The notes under the pieces were generated by a model. It was not told where the DNA came from and searched no databases. It worked only from the letters and a program-made list of their open reading frames with translations. Source: Candidatus Babeliales bacterium (GTDB taxonomy: Bacteria; Babelota; Babeliae; Babelales; JBFXEV01). Taken from it: 64,000 nucleotides of DNA. Below are positions 41,578 through 50,415 of the stretch, one piece after another. Position 1 is the stretch's first letter. Every line of letters begins with the position of its first letter. The translations under genes were made by a program, and so were the position numbers. Location of the stretch: contig JBFXEV010000001.1 in assembly GCA_050179755.1 (NCBI GenBank), positions 169,994-233,993 on the forward strand, written 5' to 3'.

Positions 41578-41949
41578 CTACCCACCTCTTATTGTAACTT
41601 GATCCAGCTCGTCAAAACTAATCTCAATTCGGGCAACTTCAAGATCTTCCAATCTATCATATTCGTTTATTATTTTTATCAAATTTTCAATGGTTGTTAT
41701 CAGTGAGGGTAAGCCAGGGAAAATATAATCACTTATAGAAACTGAAACCATTTTCCCATTCTTTTTCAATATACAGATATTACCAAAAAGTATGTTTTCA
41801 CTAGGATCTTTTAAAAAATCTATATATGTTGGAAAGTCTAAACCATCTTCAAAAAATAAGGATAAAGTCGCCATTGTTTCGTCATGATATTCAGCTCTTC
41901 GATATACTTTATTTTTTACTCTGTACCAAATTACATTTTTTTTATTCAT
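41578..41949 (-). CDS. Putative cognate immunity protein of the intact toxin
   Basis: ATG 41949 overlaps the toxin TGA (ATGA); LSLFFEDGL...GNICILKK...RIEISFDELDQV. Confidence 0.8.
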   Translation of the reverse strand: MNKKNVIWYRVKNKVYRRAEYHDETMATLSLFFEDGLDFPTYIDFLKDPSENILFGNICILKKNGKMVSVSISDYIFPGLPSLITTIENLIKIINEYDRLEDLEVARIEISFDELDQVTIRGG

Positions 41950-44276
41950 AGATTCCTCAAATTTGCAAAGAAGGTTATACCACATCCATTAGAATCATTG
42001 ATTACAGCTGAAATCTTAATTTTGTTTTTAAGCTCGGATCTGTAAAGAGTTTTTCCTAGCTGTTGAATAACCTCATCCGGCTCTTTAATTATGCCATAAT
42101 AACATTTCATGAGATCGCTTGTATCCCATTTTTTTGGAAAAAATGAGCGTTTAACCCATTTACCGTTGATAAATACTTTTGCACGATAAAAATCATCGGC
42201 AAACAATTCAATATCTTTAATCAGGCCTAGCTTTTCGTAAAAACCATTTCTGTCTTGATGAAACCCAATAATTTCGCCATTTTTACCGACCATGGCCACC
42301 CATGTATGGTCAAACGGTGGTATAATCAAATGCCCATTATGTGTTATTTGTTGAATATGTTTACTAGCTTCTAAATGCTCTGCATCTGAAAGCGGCTTCA
42401 TCGCTTGAATTATATCCATTGGTGGGTTTGGAATATTGCCACCGCCACTCACCGGAATATTTGAGCCATCGCCACCCGAGCCGGCATTTTGAGCAAACAC
42501 AGCCAAAGGCGCAACTTTAGCAGCTTTATCAATCGCTGCCGCTGCAGCTTGACCAGCCGCTTCAATTGCTGCAGCACGTTCAGCTGCTATTATAGCTTCA
42601 TAGGTAATTGCTGCTTCAAATGAACCTGCATTGAAAGGCAAGTCCATAAAGTTCTGCGAACCGCCGCCTGCTTCAATAATACTTTTTAATGCACCGCTAC
42701 CATTGATTGCCAGAGAACTAAACGCGCTCAACGTTACTTGAGTTAATGCCATGTCGGTAGCTAGAGCGGTTCCTTCTTCTGCAGCATACAAAACATTCTC
42801 TTTGGTTAAGTTGTTCCACGCACCATTTAAAACATACCCAACTTTTTGCGCATATTGCTCAAACGCTTGCGCCAGCTCTGCAAGACCTATTTCTTCTACT
42901 GGTGGGGCAACATAAGTACCATGCCAGCGATCCTTTAGTTCCTGTGCAGTTTCCTTTAACGCATTTTTGATACTTAAATATGCACGGTACTTTACATCCT
43001 CCGTTAACTCAACAACAAGATAGGCCAAATTTCTTATATTATTTCGTGTATCGCGTAATGTTTTAATAGGGTTGCGCACTTTGTCGATAAAGTTTTTACC
43101 TCCTTTTACAGCACCTCTACCAATCGCATTCTCTAACTCACATTCAAAAGCATAGGCTTCCTTAATGCAGTTAATTACGCCCCAGCAAAAATCTGCGAAG
43201 GTGCACGCATTTTTAATATGTCCTGCTTGATTATGCTGAGTACCTGCATGAGCAAAATGCGTTAATGTTGTTGTAAGGTTCTTGCGATCACCTAAATTTC
43301 CATTACAACGTAAGTCAGCAGTATCTGCTAAAATGGAAAGCATTTCTTGGTGCAAGACATGTTGCACTTGATTGCCATATAAAAGAGTATAAGAAGCAGT
43401 ATCAATGCTATGATCTTTAAGTAAATGCGTAACGTCTGATGAAACGCTATACGTTTCTTCTTTCCAAGAAACTACACCCTGTTGATACGCACTCAAAGCA
43501 TCAATACGTTTAACCAAAAACTTTTCTTGCAAAGTCATTGGTTCATTAAGCTCAGTAGTTTCTATTCCCTGATACCATGCATAATCCGCCAGTAAATCAT
43601 TTTCGGGCTGCTGCATTACAGCAGCAATCTGACTTTTCAAAAGTTCATCTTTGTTTTGCTTTGGCGCGACCGGTTTAGACTCTATTTTCGTTGGCTGGAG
43701 CTTTTGTTTATGCACAGATGAGACTGATCCATAATCGTATTGAGAGGAACAATATGAAAACTCAGATGCCATATCCATAATAATTGCTTTAAACTCATTA
43801 TGCGAACAGCCTTCAATTTCAAAAACTTTTCCTTGCTCTATTTCTGTTTTAAATTGAAGAACTCTCTTTTGATAGAAAGGAGACCAACGCAAAAAATCTC
43901 GAAATCCTGAAAAACGATAGAAACTGGTCTTTCTAAAAATAGGATCATCAAGAAGATCCTCACTATAACTCCACTCAAACGTATACCGATTATATTGAAA
44001 ATTTTCTGCAAACTTATCTGCATCCCATCCAGTATAAACACTATCTTGCCATCGCCTGTCTTTTTCAAAGCGCTTCTCTTTCTTTTTAACCTCAGATTCA
44101 CCTCTGCACCAATAATATGCCCCTGCTACAAACCCTAAAACTCTATGAAAAAAGGTTATATTTTCATGAGAGCGCGAGGAATTATTGCGAAATTCATTAT
44201 AAGAATTATCTGGATAAGAATGTATTTGACCAAACATTAATATGAAGAAAAGATTAAGATAAAATACTCGTTTCAT
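41946..44276 (-). CDS. Putative polymorphic toxin: signal peptide, helical body, Ala/Gly linker, C-terminal bacterial EndoU-like nuclease
   Basis: FDHTW...GEIIGFH...KRSFFPKKW...GITFF resembles the EndoU H..GxH..K(T/S)FFP..W pattern; gene context. Confidence 0.78.
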   Translation of the reverse strand: MKRVFYLNLFFILMFGQIHSYPDNSYNEFRNNSSRSHENITFFHRVLGFVAGAYYWCRGESEVKKKEKRFEKDRRWQDSVYTGWDADKFAENFQYNRYTFEWSYSEDLLDDPIFRKTSFYRFSGFRDFLRWSPFYQKRVLQFKTEIEQGKVFEIEGCSHNEFKAIIMDMASEFSYCSSQYDYGSVSSVHKQKLQPTKIESKPVAPKQNKDELLKSQIAAVMQQPENDLLADYAWYQGIETTELNEPMTLQEKFLVKRIDALSAYQQGVVSWKEETYSVSSDVTHLLKDHSIDTASYTLLYGNQVQHVLHQEMLSILADTADLRCNGNLGDRKNLTTTLTHFAHAGTQHNQAGHIKNACTFADFCWGVINCIKEAYAFECELENAIGRGAVKGGKNFIDKVRNPIKTLRDTRNNIRNLAYLVVELTEDVKYRAYLSIKNALKETAQELKDRWHGTYVAPPVEEIGLAELAQAFEQYAQKVGYVLNGAWNNLTKENVLYAAEEGTALATDMALTQVTLSAFSSLAINGSGALKSIIEAGGGSQNFMDLPFNAGSFEAAITYEAIIAAERAAAIEAAGQAAAAAIDKAAKVAPLAVFAQNAGSGGDGSNIPVSGGGNIPNPPMDIIQAMKPLSDAEHLEASKHIQQITHNGHLIIPPFDHTWVAMVGKNGEIIGFHQDRNGFYEKLGLIKDIELFADDFYRAKVFINGKWVKRSFFPKKWDTSDLMKCYYGIIKEPDEVIQQLGKTLYRSELKNKIKISAVINDSNGCGITFFANLRNL

Positions 44277-44532
44277 GTATGTTCCTAAAGATGAAGGTAT
44301 CTAAATCTTACAAACCATGAGCAAGTATAAAGATTAAAAATAGTGTGTAAAGTCATCTCAAAACATCGATACAATCAACAACACCGCATATTTATTATTG
44401 GTAATTTTCGTAATCATATAAACAGTGCACACTCTACGCTAACTAGCTACTAATTTATTAATTAGCATTAATATCTATACTGTAAACAAAGTGTTAGATA
44501 TTTTTTCACCATGCTACTCGGGAGAATCTCAT

Positions 44533-44931
44533 ATGACCTTAAAAGCAATTCTATTAATCACTCTATTAAGCAGCACATACTGCACTGCAATGGATGGCCT
44601 GTTTCAAATGCCTAGTCGACCAGTGCTTTATAAACGATTAACAAATGGTTCAACATGCCTTCATGAAGGTGACATAGAAGCATTTAATTTAGCAGGAGTT
44701 CTTGGAGGTAAAAAACTTTTATTCATGGAGATAAATACCCGTGTAACAGGTGCAGTTAAACGTCATTGTGCATTTCTTGTACGGGAATTGCGAGAAGTCA
44801 GCTCAAGGGAATCGATAGAAAAATGCATCCCTGATTGGGAAAAAACGATGCTTATTACTATTTTACAAGATTATGAAGAAGCATTGGATGAAATAAAAAA
44901 ACAGTCAGCAATAGAAGCACCAATAAAATAG
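44533..44931 (+). CDS. Small exported protein, same family as 37790 and 38253
   Basis: GGAG RBS, signal + AMD, MPSRPVLYKRL, TILQDY. Confidence 0.7.
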   Translation: MTLKAILLITLLSSTYCTAMDGLFQMPSRPVLYKRLTNGSTCLHEGDIEAFNLAGVLGGKKLLFMEINTRVTGAVKRHCAFLVRELREVSSRESIEKCIPDWEKTMLITILQDYEEALDEIKKQSAIEAPIK

Positions 44932-44938
44932 CCACGAT

Positions 44939-44970
44939 AAAAAAGAGGAGAACTTGCATTCTCCTCTTAA
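44939..44970. terminator. Hairpin between convergent genes
   Basis: AAGAGGAGAA...TTCTCCTCTT. Confidence 0.7.
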
Positions 44971-44980
44971 AAGTATTTGC

Positions 44981-45373
44981 TTATACTTTGCTTGCAATCA
45001 AAGATATTCTAAAAACATCTTCTTCTTGATTATCTTTCATTTGACCGAACGCAACAGTAGCTTCGTTATTGTACTCAACACAAAGTGATGGTGCAGTAAC
45101 AAGCTCAAAATTGCCTTCTTCATTTGCAACGTACACTGCATAATTAACCAAAAGCACGTCATTTTGCTCACTTGCAAAATTAGCTTCTATATACATTGAA
45201 TCATTGCTATAAATAACTGCTGATTCTTGCATATCAAGTTGCACTTCGGTTGCGATGCATTGCTTACCTTCACCAGGAAGTGTCATTTCAATATTTGAAT
45301 TGAATTGCACACGTGCCGATGCAAGTGAACAGGTTGCCAGCAAACCAAGGGTAAATAGTTTAGAAGAAATCAT
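44981..45373 (-). CDS. Exported beta-rich hypothetical protein
   Basis: AAGGAG RBS, ATG 45373, signal peptide ending ASA. Confidence 0.7.
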   Translation of the reverse strand: MISSKLFTLGLLATCSLASARVQFNSNIEMTLPGEGKQCIATEVQLDMQESAVIYSNDSMYIEANFASEQNDVLLVNYAVYVANEEGNFELVTAPSLCVEYNNEATVAFGQMKDNQEEDVFRISLIASKV

Positions 45374-45495
45374 GTGAACTCCTTTGAGTAAAAACGTGAT
45401 GTAGATATGAGAACATAAATGACTAGTCACGCTCTACGGTACTGCCAGAGAAAAATAAAGTCAAATTTATTGTGAAAAGATAAGGTTTTTTTTGC

Positions 45496-46878
45496 TTACT
45501 CTACAATCTCGCCATCACGAACAAGTTGTGCGTTTTTATTGCCAACATAGATTGCCGCCAATATCCACACTGCAGAAAGTCCAAAACTAAAAAGCGTACC
45601 ATAGACAAGTAATTCACCTAAATCGTGCTTAAACAAATCATTAATTTGCGCGCCTCCAAGCTTTGCCATGCGGCCGCCAAATACGTCAATAAAGCCTTTT
45701 GTTTTAAACTTGGCATCCTTGCTTGTAGGAATATACATCATTTCTTTCACCGGGTTATTGACCGCATAACCAAGGCCTTTAGACATAATCATCACCAAAA
45801 AGATTGCAAACAGCAAAAATCCTGCCGACGGTGTGCCAAAAAGATAATAGGTAAGTAAACCTGCAAGCCCTGCAATTAAACAAACTGGAAAGAATAAAAG
45901 TCCAAAACGTAAACCAAAACGCTTAATCAAATAGCTGGTGCCAAGTAGCGCCATTAAAAATGAAAGCACATTCGTTGAAACACCATAAATGCCCTGAAAC
46001 TGTGCAAAGCCAAGTTCGCCTTCAAAATACGGGAACGTATCAGCTTGAGATTTCATTTGATATTCAAGAATTTGATTAATAACCTCAAAAAGCGTGGTCA
46101 CGAGCAGTATCCCCATTAAATAGGGTTTAGTTGCAAGCAATCTGATACCTTCCAAAAATCCAGCTTCTTTTTTATGCGCATGCTCTGGCATATCGCTTGC
46201 CATTTGAGTGTGTGGAGTTGTTTTTACAAAATAATACATCATAGGGATAATGCTTAGCGTAAATGCTGTCACCAACGCAAATAATTGCCACAAGCCCATT
46301 TTATGTGCTAAAAACATAAGCGAAGAGCCACCAATTGCCCCTAGTTGCGCGCCAGCAATAATCATGGGGTAACCACGCCGTGCAGCATCAGATGTGGTGA
46401 TACTATTAGTAAACGACCAAAAAAGGGCAATAATAAGTGAACCAAAACTCTCAATGGCAAAATAAGAAACCCATCCAAGCATTGAAAGCGCTGTTTTACC
46501 AAGATAGATGTTGCCATACGTTTCACGCAAAAAAAGCGTTAATGCAAACGTGCCAAATAATACTGCATACACTGCGCAAATGATATAAAACAGCACGTGC
46601 CGCTTCACAAGATCTACCAGCTTTGAGTACACAAGCACTAGGCCCAGCACCACAATAGGCGACCAAAATTTGGCAACAGGCTGCAGCAAACGACCTTGGC
46701 ACGGCAACCAGCCAAGTTCCATAGGAAAACAGACTTTAAAAAAGAGTGTGTCTTTTAAAAGCCGCAAAAGCCAATACGCCCCTACCGTTAAAAACAGGGT
46801 ACCCGCAAGGAGTTTAAACTTGCGTAGTTCAGCGCCATTTAAATCGGGATAAAAATAACTCACTACTGAGTTAATCAT
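45496..46878 (-). CDS. Npt1/Npt2 (TLC) family nucleotide transporter
   Basis: LLRLLKD, ALFWSF.N, KGLGYAVNNPVKEMMYIP..KDAKFKTKGFIDVFGGR. Confidence 0.9.
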   Translation of the reverse strand: MINSVVSYFYPDLNGAELRKFKLLAGTLFLTVGAYWLLRLLKDTLFFKVCFPMELGWLPCQGRLLQPVAKFWSPIVVLGLVLVYSKLVDLVKRHVLFYIICAVYAVLFGTFALTLFLRETYGNIYLGKTALSMLGWVSYFAIESFGSLIIALFWSFTNSITTSDAARRGYPMIIAGAQLGAIGGSSLMFLAHKMGLWQLFALVTAFTLSIIPMMYYFVKTTPHTQMASDMPEHAHKKEAGFLEGIRLLATKPYLMGILLVTTLFEVINQILEYQMKSQADTFPYFEGELGFAQFQGIYGVSTNVLSFLMALLGTSYLIKRFGLRFGLLFFPVCLIAGLAGLLTYYLFGTPSAGFLLFAIFLVMIMSKGLGYAVNNPVKEMMYIPTSKDAKFKTKGFIDVFGGRMAKLGGAQINDLFKHDLGELLVYGTLFSFGLSAVWILAAIYVGNKNAQLVRDGEIVE

Positions 46879-46902
46879 TGCAATGCCTTTGCGCGCAGCA
46901 AA

Positions 46903-47334
46903 TTACTCTTGGTCAGATTCTTCATCTTCAGAGCCATCTGCGCCGCTCATAAAATTCAAAAAGTCTTCTTCTGAGGTAAAACCATCAAGCGTTTGGGCAA
47001 AAAATCCTTCTGACCAAAAACCAGTTGATTGAGAAAATTCTTCATATGCAGGGAACGCTGCTTTGAGGCCTTTATTTGTAAAGGCTTTTATAGTTTTTAC
47101 TGCTGCATCAAGGCTTATAGTATGCGGAAGCTCTACTACAACGTGCACCAAATTATCATGAAACTCAACATCCTCAAGTTCCCACTGATTCTCTTGAGCA
47201 CAATCTTGAATTAATTGCTTGATTTTATCTGCAAGTGGCCCTTGTAAAACGCGCGATTGAGCCACCGGCCCGAGCATAAGATGATATTTTAAGCGGCAAA
47301 GCACTTGCTTTTCAAAATCACAATTTGTACACAT
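46903..47334 (-). CDS. IS200/IS605 TnpA (Y1)-like protein with degenerate active site
   Basis: LKYHL, VHVVVELP, VKTIK, FWSEGFFAQT fold motifs; HUH reads LVH and the catalytic Y...Q helix reads FLNFMS. Confidence 0.72.
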   Translation of the reverse strand: MCTNCDFEKQVLCRLKYHLMLGPVAQSRVLQGPLADKIKQLIQDCAQENQWELEDVEFHDNLVHVVVELPHTISLDAAVKTIKAFTNKGLKAAFPAYEEFSQSTGFWSEGFFAQTLDGFTSEEDFLNFMSGADGSEDEESDQE

Positions 47335-47433
47335 ACATACCTTTAAAATAGAAATAGGCCCGAAGGCACTTAATACAACAAACTATAGGATACTCTTAGT
47401 GTATAGTAATCCGTTGCATCCCTCAACTCATTT

Positions 47434-47531
47434 CCAGCCTGCGCCATGGTCCGCTCGTCCTGAGCTTGTCGAAGGACGGCGGACAGACTATCCTTTCCGA
47501 TCCGCCTGAGCAAGCAAAGCGCGTCGAAGGG
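47434..47531. repeat. Nested REP-like cluster (family A inside family B, plus a variant A copy)
   Basis: CCAGCCTGCGCCATGGT-[CCGCTCGTCCTGAGCTTGTCGAAGG]-ACGGCGGACAG; CCGCCTGAGC...GTCGAAGGG at 47502-47531. Confidence 0.7.
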
Positions 47532-48146
47532 TCACCCTATCACTTTAGTAAACTCTGCAAACCCTTCAGGAGATTTTTGCAACGTAAAGCCTGCTTTTTC
47601 ATAAATTCTTTGCGCAGGTAGATTGCTTGACCTAGTCACAAGAGCAATTTTATTGGCCCCCCGTGCCTTTAGGTCATCTACTGCGGCATTAACAAGTTGC
47701 AAGCCATAGCCTGCTCCACGAAATGCAGGATCCACGTAAATAAAACGAATTTTACCCAAATAAAAGTTTTTATTATAATAGGCAGAAAATCCTGCTGGCT
47801 TGCCTTCAACATAGAGCATCTTCATAATAAGATCCCCCTTAGTAGAAAGATCACGAGAAGCACTCATGGTTTTCATCATATCTTCGGGTGAAAAATCTGA
47901 TCGACTGCCATCAACAAGCCAATACCAATTTTCATCGTCCTCAAACACTGCATTAACATAGTCATGGTCTCGTTGATAATTAAAATCAACAATGCCGGTG
48001 GTTACAGGAACTGGCGCACGTACATGCACTATCTTTTTTGGCTGCTCTTGGTGCTGATGCATATAAAGCATTACACCACCAGTCAGAGCTAAAAGACACC
48101 CGGTAAACAACGTGATTTGAAATAATTTTGATCTCAATATGCTCAT
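47532..48146 (-). CDS. GNAT-family N-acetyltransferase with N-terminal membrane anchor
   Basis: VDPAFRGAGYG, N.PAQRIYEKAGF. Confidence 0.88.
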   Translation of the reverse strand: MSILRSKLFQITLFTGCLLALTGGVMLYMHQHQEQPKKIVHVRAPVPVTTGIVDFNYQRDHDYVNAVFEDDENWYWLVDGSRSDFSPEDMMKTMSASRDLSTKGDLIMKMLYVEGKPAGFSAYYNKNFYLGKIRFIYVDPAFRGAGYGLQLVNAAVDDLKARGANKIALVTRSSNLPAQRIYEKAGFTLQKSPEGFAEFTKVIG

Positions 48147-48155
48147 AATAACCTG

Positions 48156-48896
48156 CTATTTTATGTATCTTATCTTCTTTAATAATAACCCTTTTGCAGG
48201 GGCATTAGGCAAGAGTTGGCGTGGATGTTCTTTTGCTAAAGCCTCACTAAGCACATTGATGGGCATATGTTGTGATGCGGCCACTTTAATACACGCACCC
48301 ACAACGCGCCTAATCATATGTTGCAAAAACTTTTGACCAACAACTTCAATGCGATACACATTATACCGTTTTAAATAGGTCACGTGAATGGCGTCTATAG
48401 TGCGTATGGTATTCTCTCGTGACCAGCCAGAAGAAAACGATCTAAAATCATGTGTTCCTTCAAAAACCTTTAAGCACTGCTTGAGCTTTTCTATATCAAT
48501 AGGCCATTCATAATGCCAACCATACCTTGCCAAAAATGGCAGCGGCCGTTCTTGGAATATATGGTACCAATATACTTTATACTCAACGTTATAAAATGGA
48601 TGAAATTTCTCTGGGGCCACTTCTACTGATCGAATGTTAATTGATTCCGGCAACAAATTATTCATAGCAGCTTTAATATCATGAGGCTTTAAATCAAGTT
48701 CTGTTTTTAAAAGCATTACTTGCCCCAGTGCGTGCACACCAGCATCAGTGCGAGAGGCGCCCACCATTTGGAACTCACCTTCAAAAGAACGCGCAAATGC
48801 ATTATGCACCGTGTCTGCTATAGAATTTTTCTGCGGCTGTTTGGCCCAGCCAGAAAAATCCGTGCCATCATAAGCAATAATAAGTTTATAATTCAC
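48156..48896 (-). CDS. truA: tRNA pseudouridine(38-40) synthase
   Basis: YDGTDFSGW, SRTDAGVHALGQ, GTHDFRSF, FL.HMIR; GTG start at 48896. Confidence 0.95.
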   Translation of the reverse strand: MNYKLIIAYDGTDFSGWAKQPQKNSIADTVHNAFARSFEGEFQMVGASRTDAGVHALGQVMLLKTELDLKPHDIKAAMNNLLPESINIRSVEVAPEKFHPFYNVEYKVYWYHIFQERPLPFLARYGWHYEWPIDIEKLKQCLKVFEGTHDFRSFSSGWSRENTIRTIDAIHVTYLKRYNVYRIEVVGQKFLQHMIRRVVGACIKVAASQHMPINVLSEALAKEHPRQLLPNAPAKGLLLKKIRYIK

Positions 48897-48897
48897 G

Positions 48898-50406
48898 TTA
48901 ATACCATGTAATCCACGGTTTTTCTTGAGCTTTAGATCTTTCATATTTTTCTTGCCATTCACGTTCCCTTGCTGCCTGCTCTTCTTTTTTCTTTCTTGCA
49001 TCTTCTATTGCATTTTTTTCTTGTAATGTATGGATTGATTTCACGCGATCAACATACGTTCTTATAACACTTTTACGCAAATTCGCATCAGTGTTTTCTC
49101 TCCAAACTTGCAAAAGCTGTTCAAGATTAAGATTAAACGCCTTTGCCATCCAACATATAAAAGCATCATCGGTCGCTTGTTGCTTCTCACTTGGGCACAT
49201 CGGTTTTTTTCTTTTAAGTATACATAGTGTAAGATGTTCTTTAAGCACTAAGCGCAAGAGCATCAACTCAAAACGCGGTTCATTATATTTTTCCCACACT
49301 TTAGTAGCGTGATCGTCACAAGCAACAACCAATTGATTTTTGCACGGCTTTATTGCAATAGATCGCACAATGGCCAGATGCTCAAGGCGCGCAACTTCTT
49401 TATTAGTATGCATATCAAAAACAAATACGTTACTATGATTTGCAACAAATAAACGGGAACCTCTTTGATTAAATAAAAGTATAGAAACCGCATTAAGATA
49501 GTGACATCTTAAAACAGATTGTTTTTTGAGTGTTTGATCTTTGTGCCATATCGTAACAGTTCCATTGTCACCCCCTGTAGCATAGACACTCTCATATGGA
49601 TGAGCTGCCACTGCAGTTATTTTTTTAACATTAGGATCTGTCGCGTAGGTAATGATTCCACGATCTCCTTCATACTCATGTAATTCTAACTTATTATCAG
49701 CAACTGCCAGAAAATCTGTACCCTTTTGGCAAAACGCAACTTGCGAACTTTTCACATCTGAATGATGCGTTGGAATACCGCCCTCTAAAGGCCAAATTTT
49801 CATTCGAGGGATAACGCCTGCCTCACCCTTATGTGGCCATGTACAAATATGTGTACCTTGTTGATTAATCGCTAACACGCGAGGCCCACTCTGATCTTTC
49901 ACAATCTTTACTGTTTTACCTGTATAATCCACTCTTTCTAATGTTTGATTATCAAGTGAAGCAATCATAAAAGGCTGTGTGGGTGAAGCCACAAGGCCGG
50001 TAAGTGTACAGCCATATTGCTTTGTAACAGTTTTTTTGCCCCGTTGATCATATAAACGCAATGCATTATCTGTGCACGCTGCGGCAAGCAAAGCGCCATC
50101 TGAACTATAGCAAACTACCTGTGCAGGAGCGTCTGTTTGGCAATCAATTTCTTTGCTATACCACCACTCTTTGCCCTTCATAACCTCTTGAACCCATTTC
50201 TTTTTAAGATCATTAAGACCTTGGCTCGCACATACATTTGAAAGACCAAAATAATTATATAGCGATTGTGTCTGTTTTTTTGTTGTTTGAATTACTGGTG
50301 AATCTTCTTTCTGTGATGTATGTTCACTTTGCATACCAACAACAGGCGCTGGATAAATCACAGACAACATCACAAGTAAGTTTCTTCTAAAAAGAGAATG
50401 TAGCAT
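48898..50406 (-). CDS. Exported WD40-repeat protein with conserved helical C-terminal domain
   Basis: VAAHP...ATGGDNGTVTIW, ACDDHATKVW; C-terminal WMAKAFNL domain. Confidence 0.85.
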   Translation of the reverse strand: MLHSLFRRNLLVMLSVIYPAPVVGMQSEHTSQKEDSPVIQTTKKQTQSLYNYFGLSNVCASQGLNDLKKKWVQEVMKGKEWWYSKEIDCQTDAPAQVVCYSSDGALLAAACTDNALRLYDQRGKKTVTKQYGCTLTGLVASPTQPFMIASLDNQTLERVDYTGKTVKIVKDQSGPRVLAINQQGTHICTWPHKGEAGVIPRMKIWPLEGGIPTHHSDVKSSQVAFCQKGTDFLAVADNKLELHEYEGDRGIITYATDPNVKKITAVAAHPYESVYATGGDNGTVTIWHKDQTLKKQSVLRCHYLNAVSILLFNQRGSRLFVANHSNVFVFDMHTNKEVARLEHLAIVRSIAIKPCKNQLVVACDDHATKVWEKYNEPRFELMLLRLVLKEHLTLCILKRKKPMCPSEKQQATDDAFICWMAKAFNLNLEQLLQVWRENTDANLRKSVIRTYVDRVKSIHTLQEKNAIEDARKKKEEQAAREREWQEKYERSKAQEKPWITWY

Positions 50407-50415
50407 TTAAATCAA

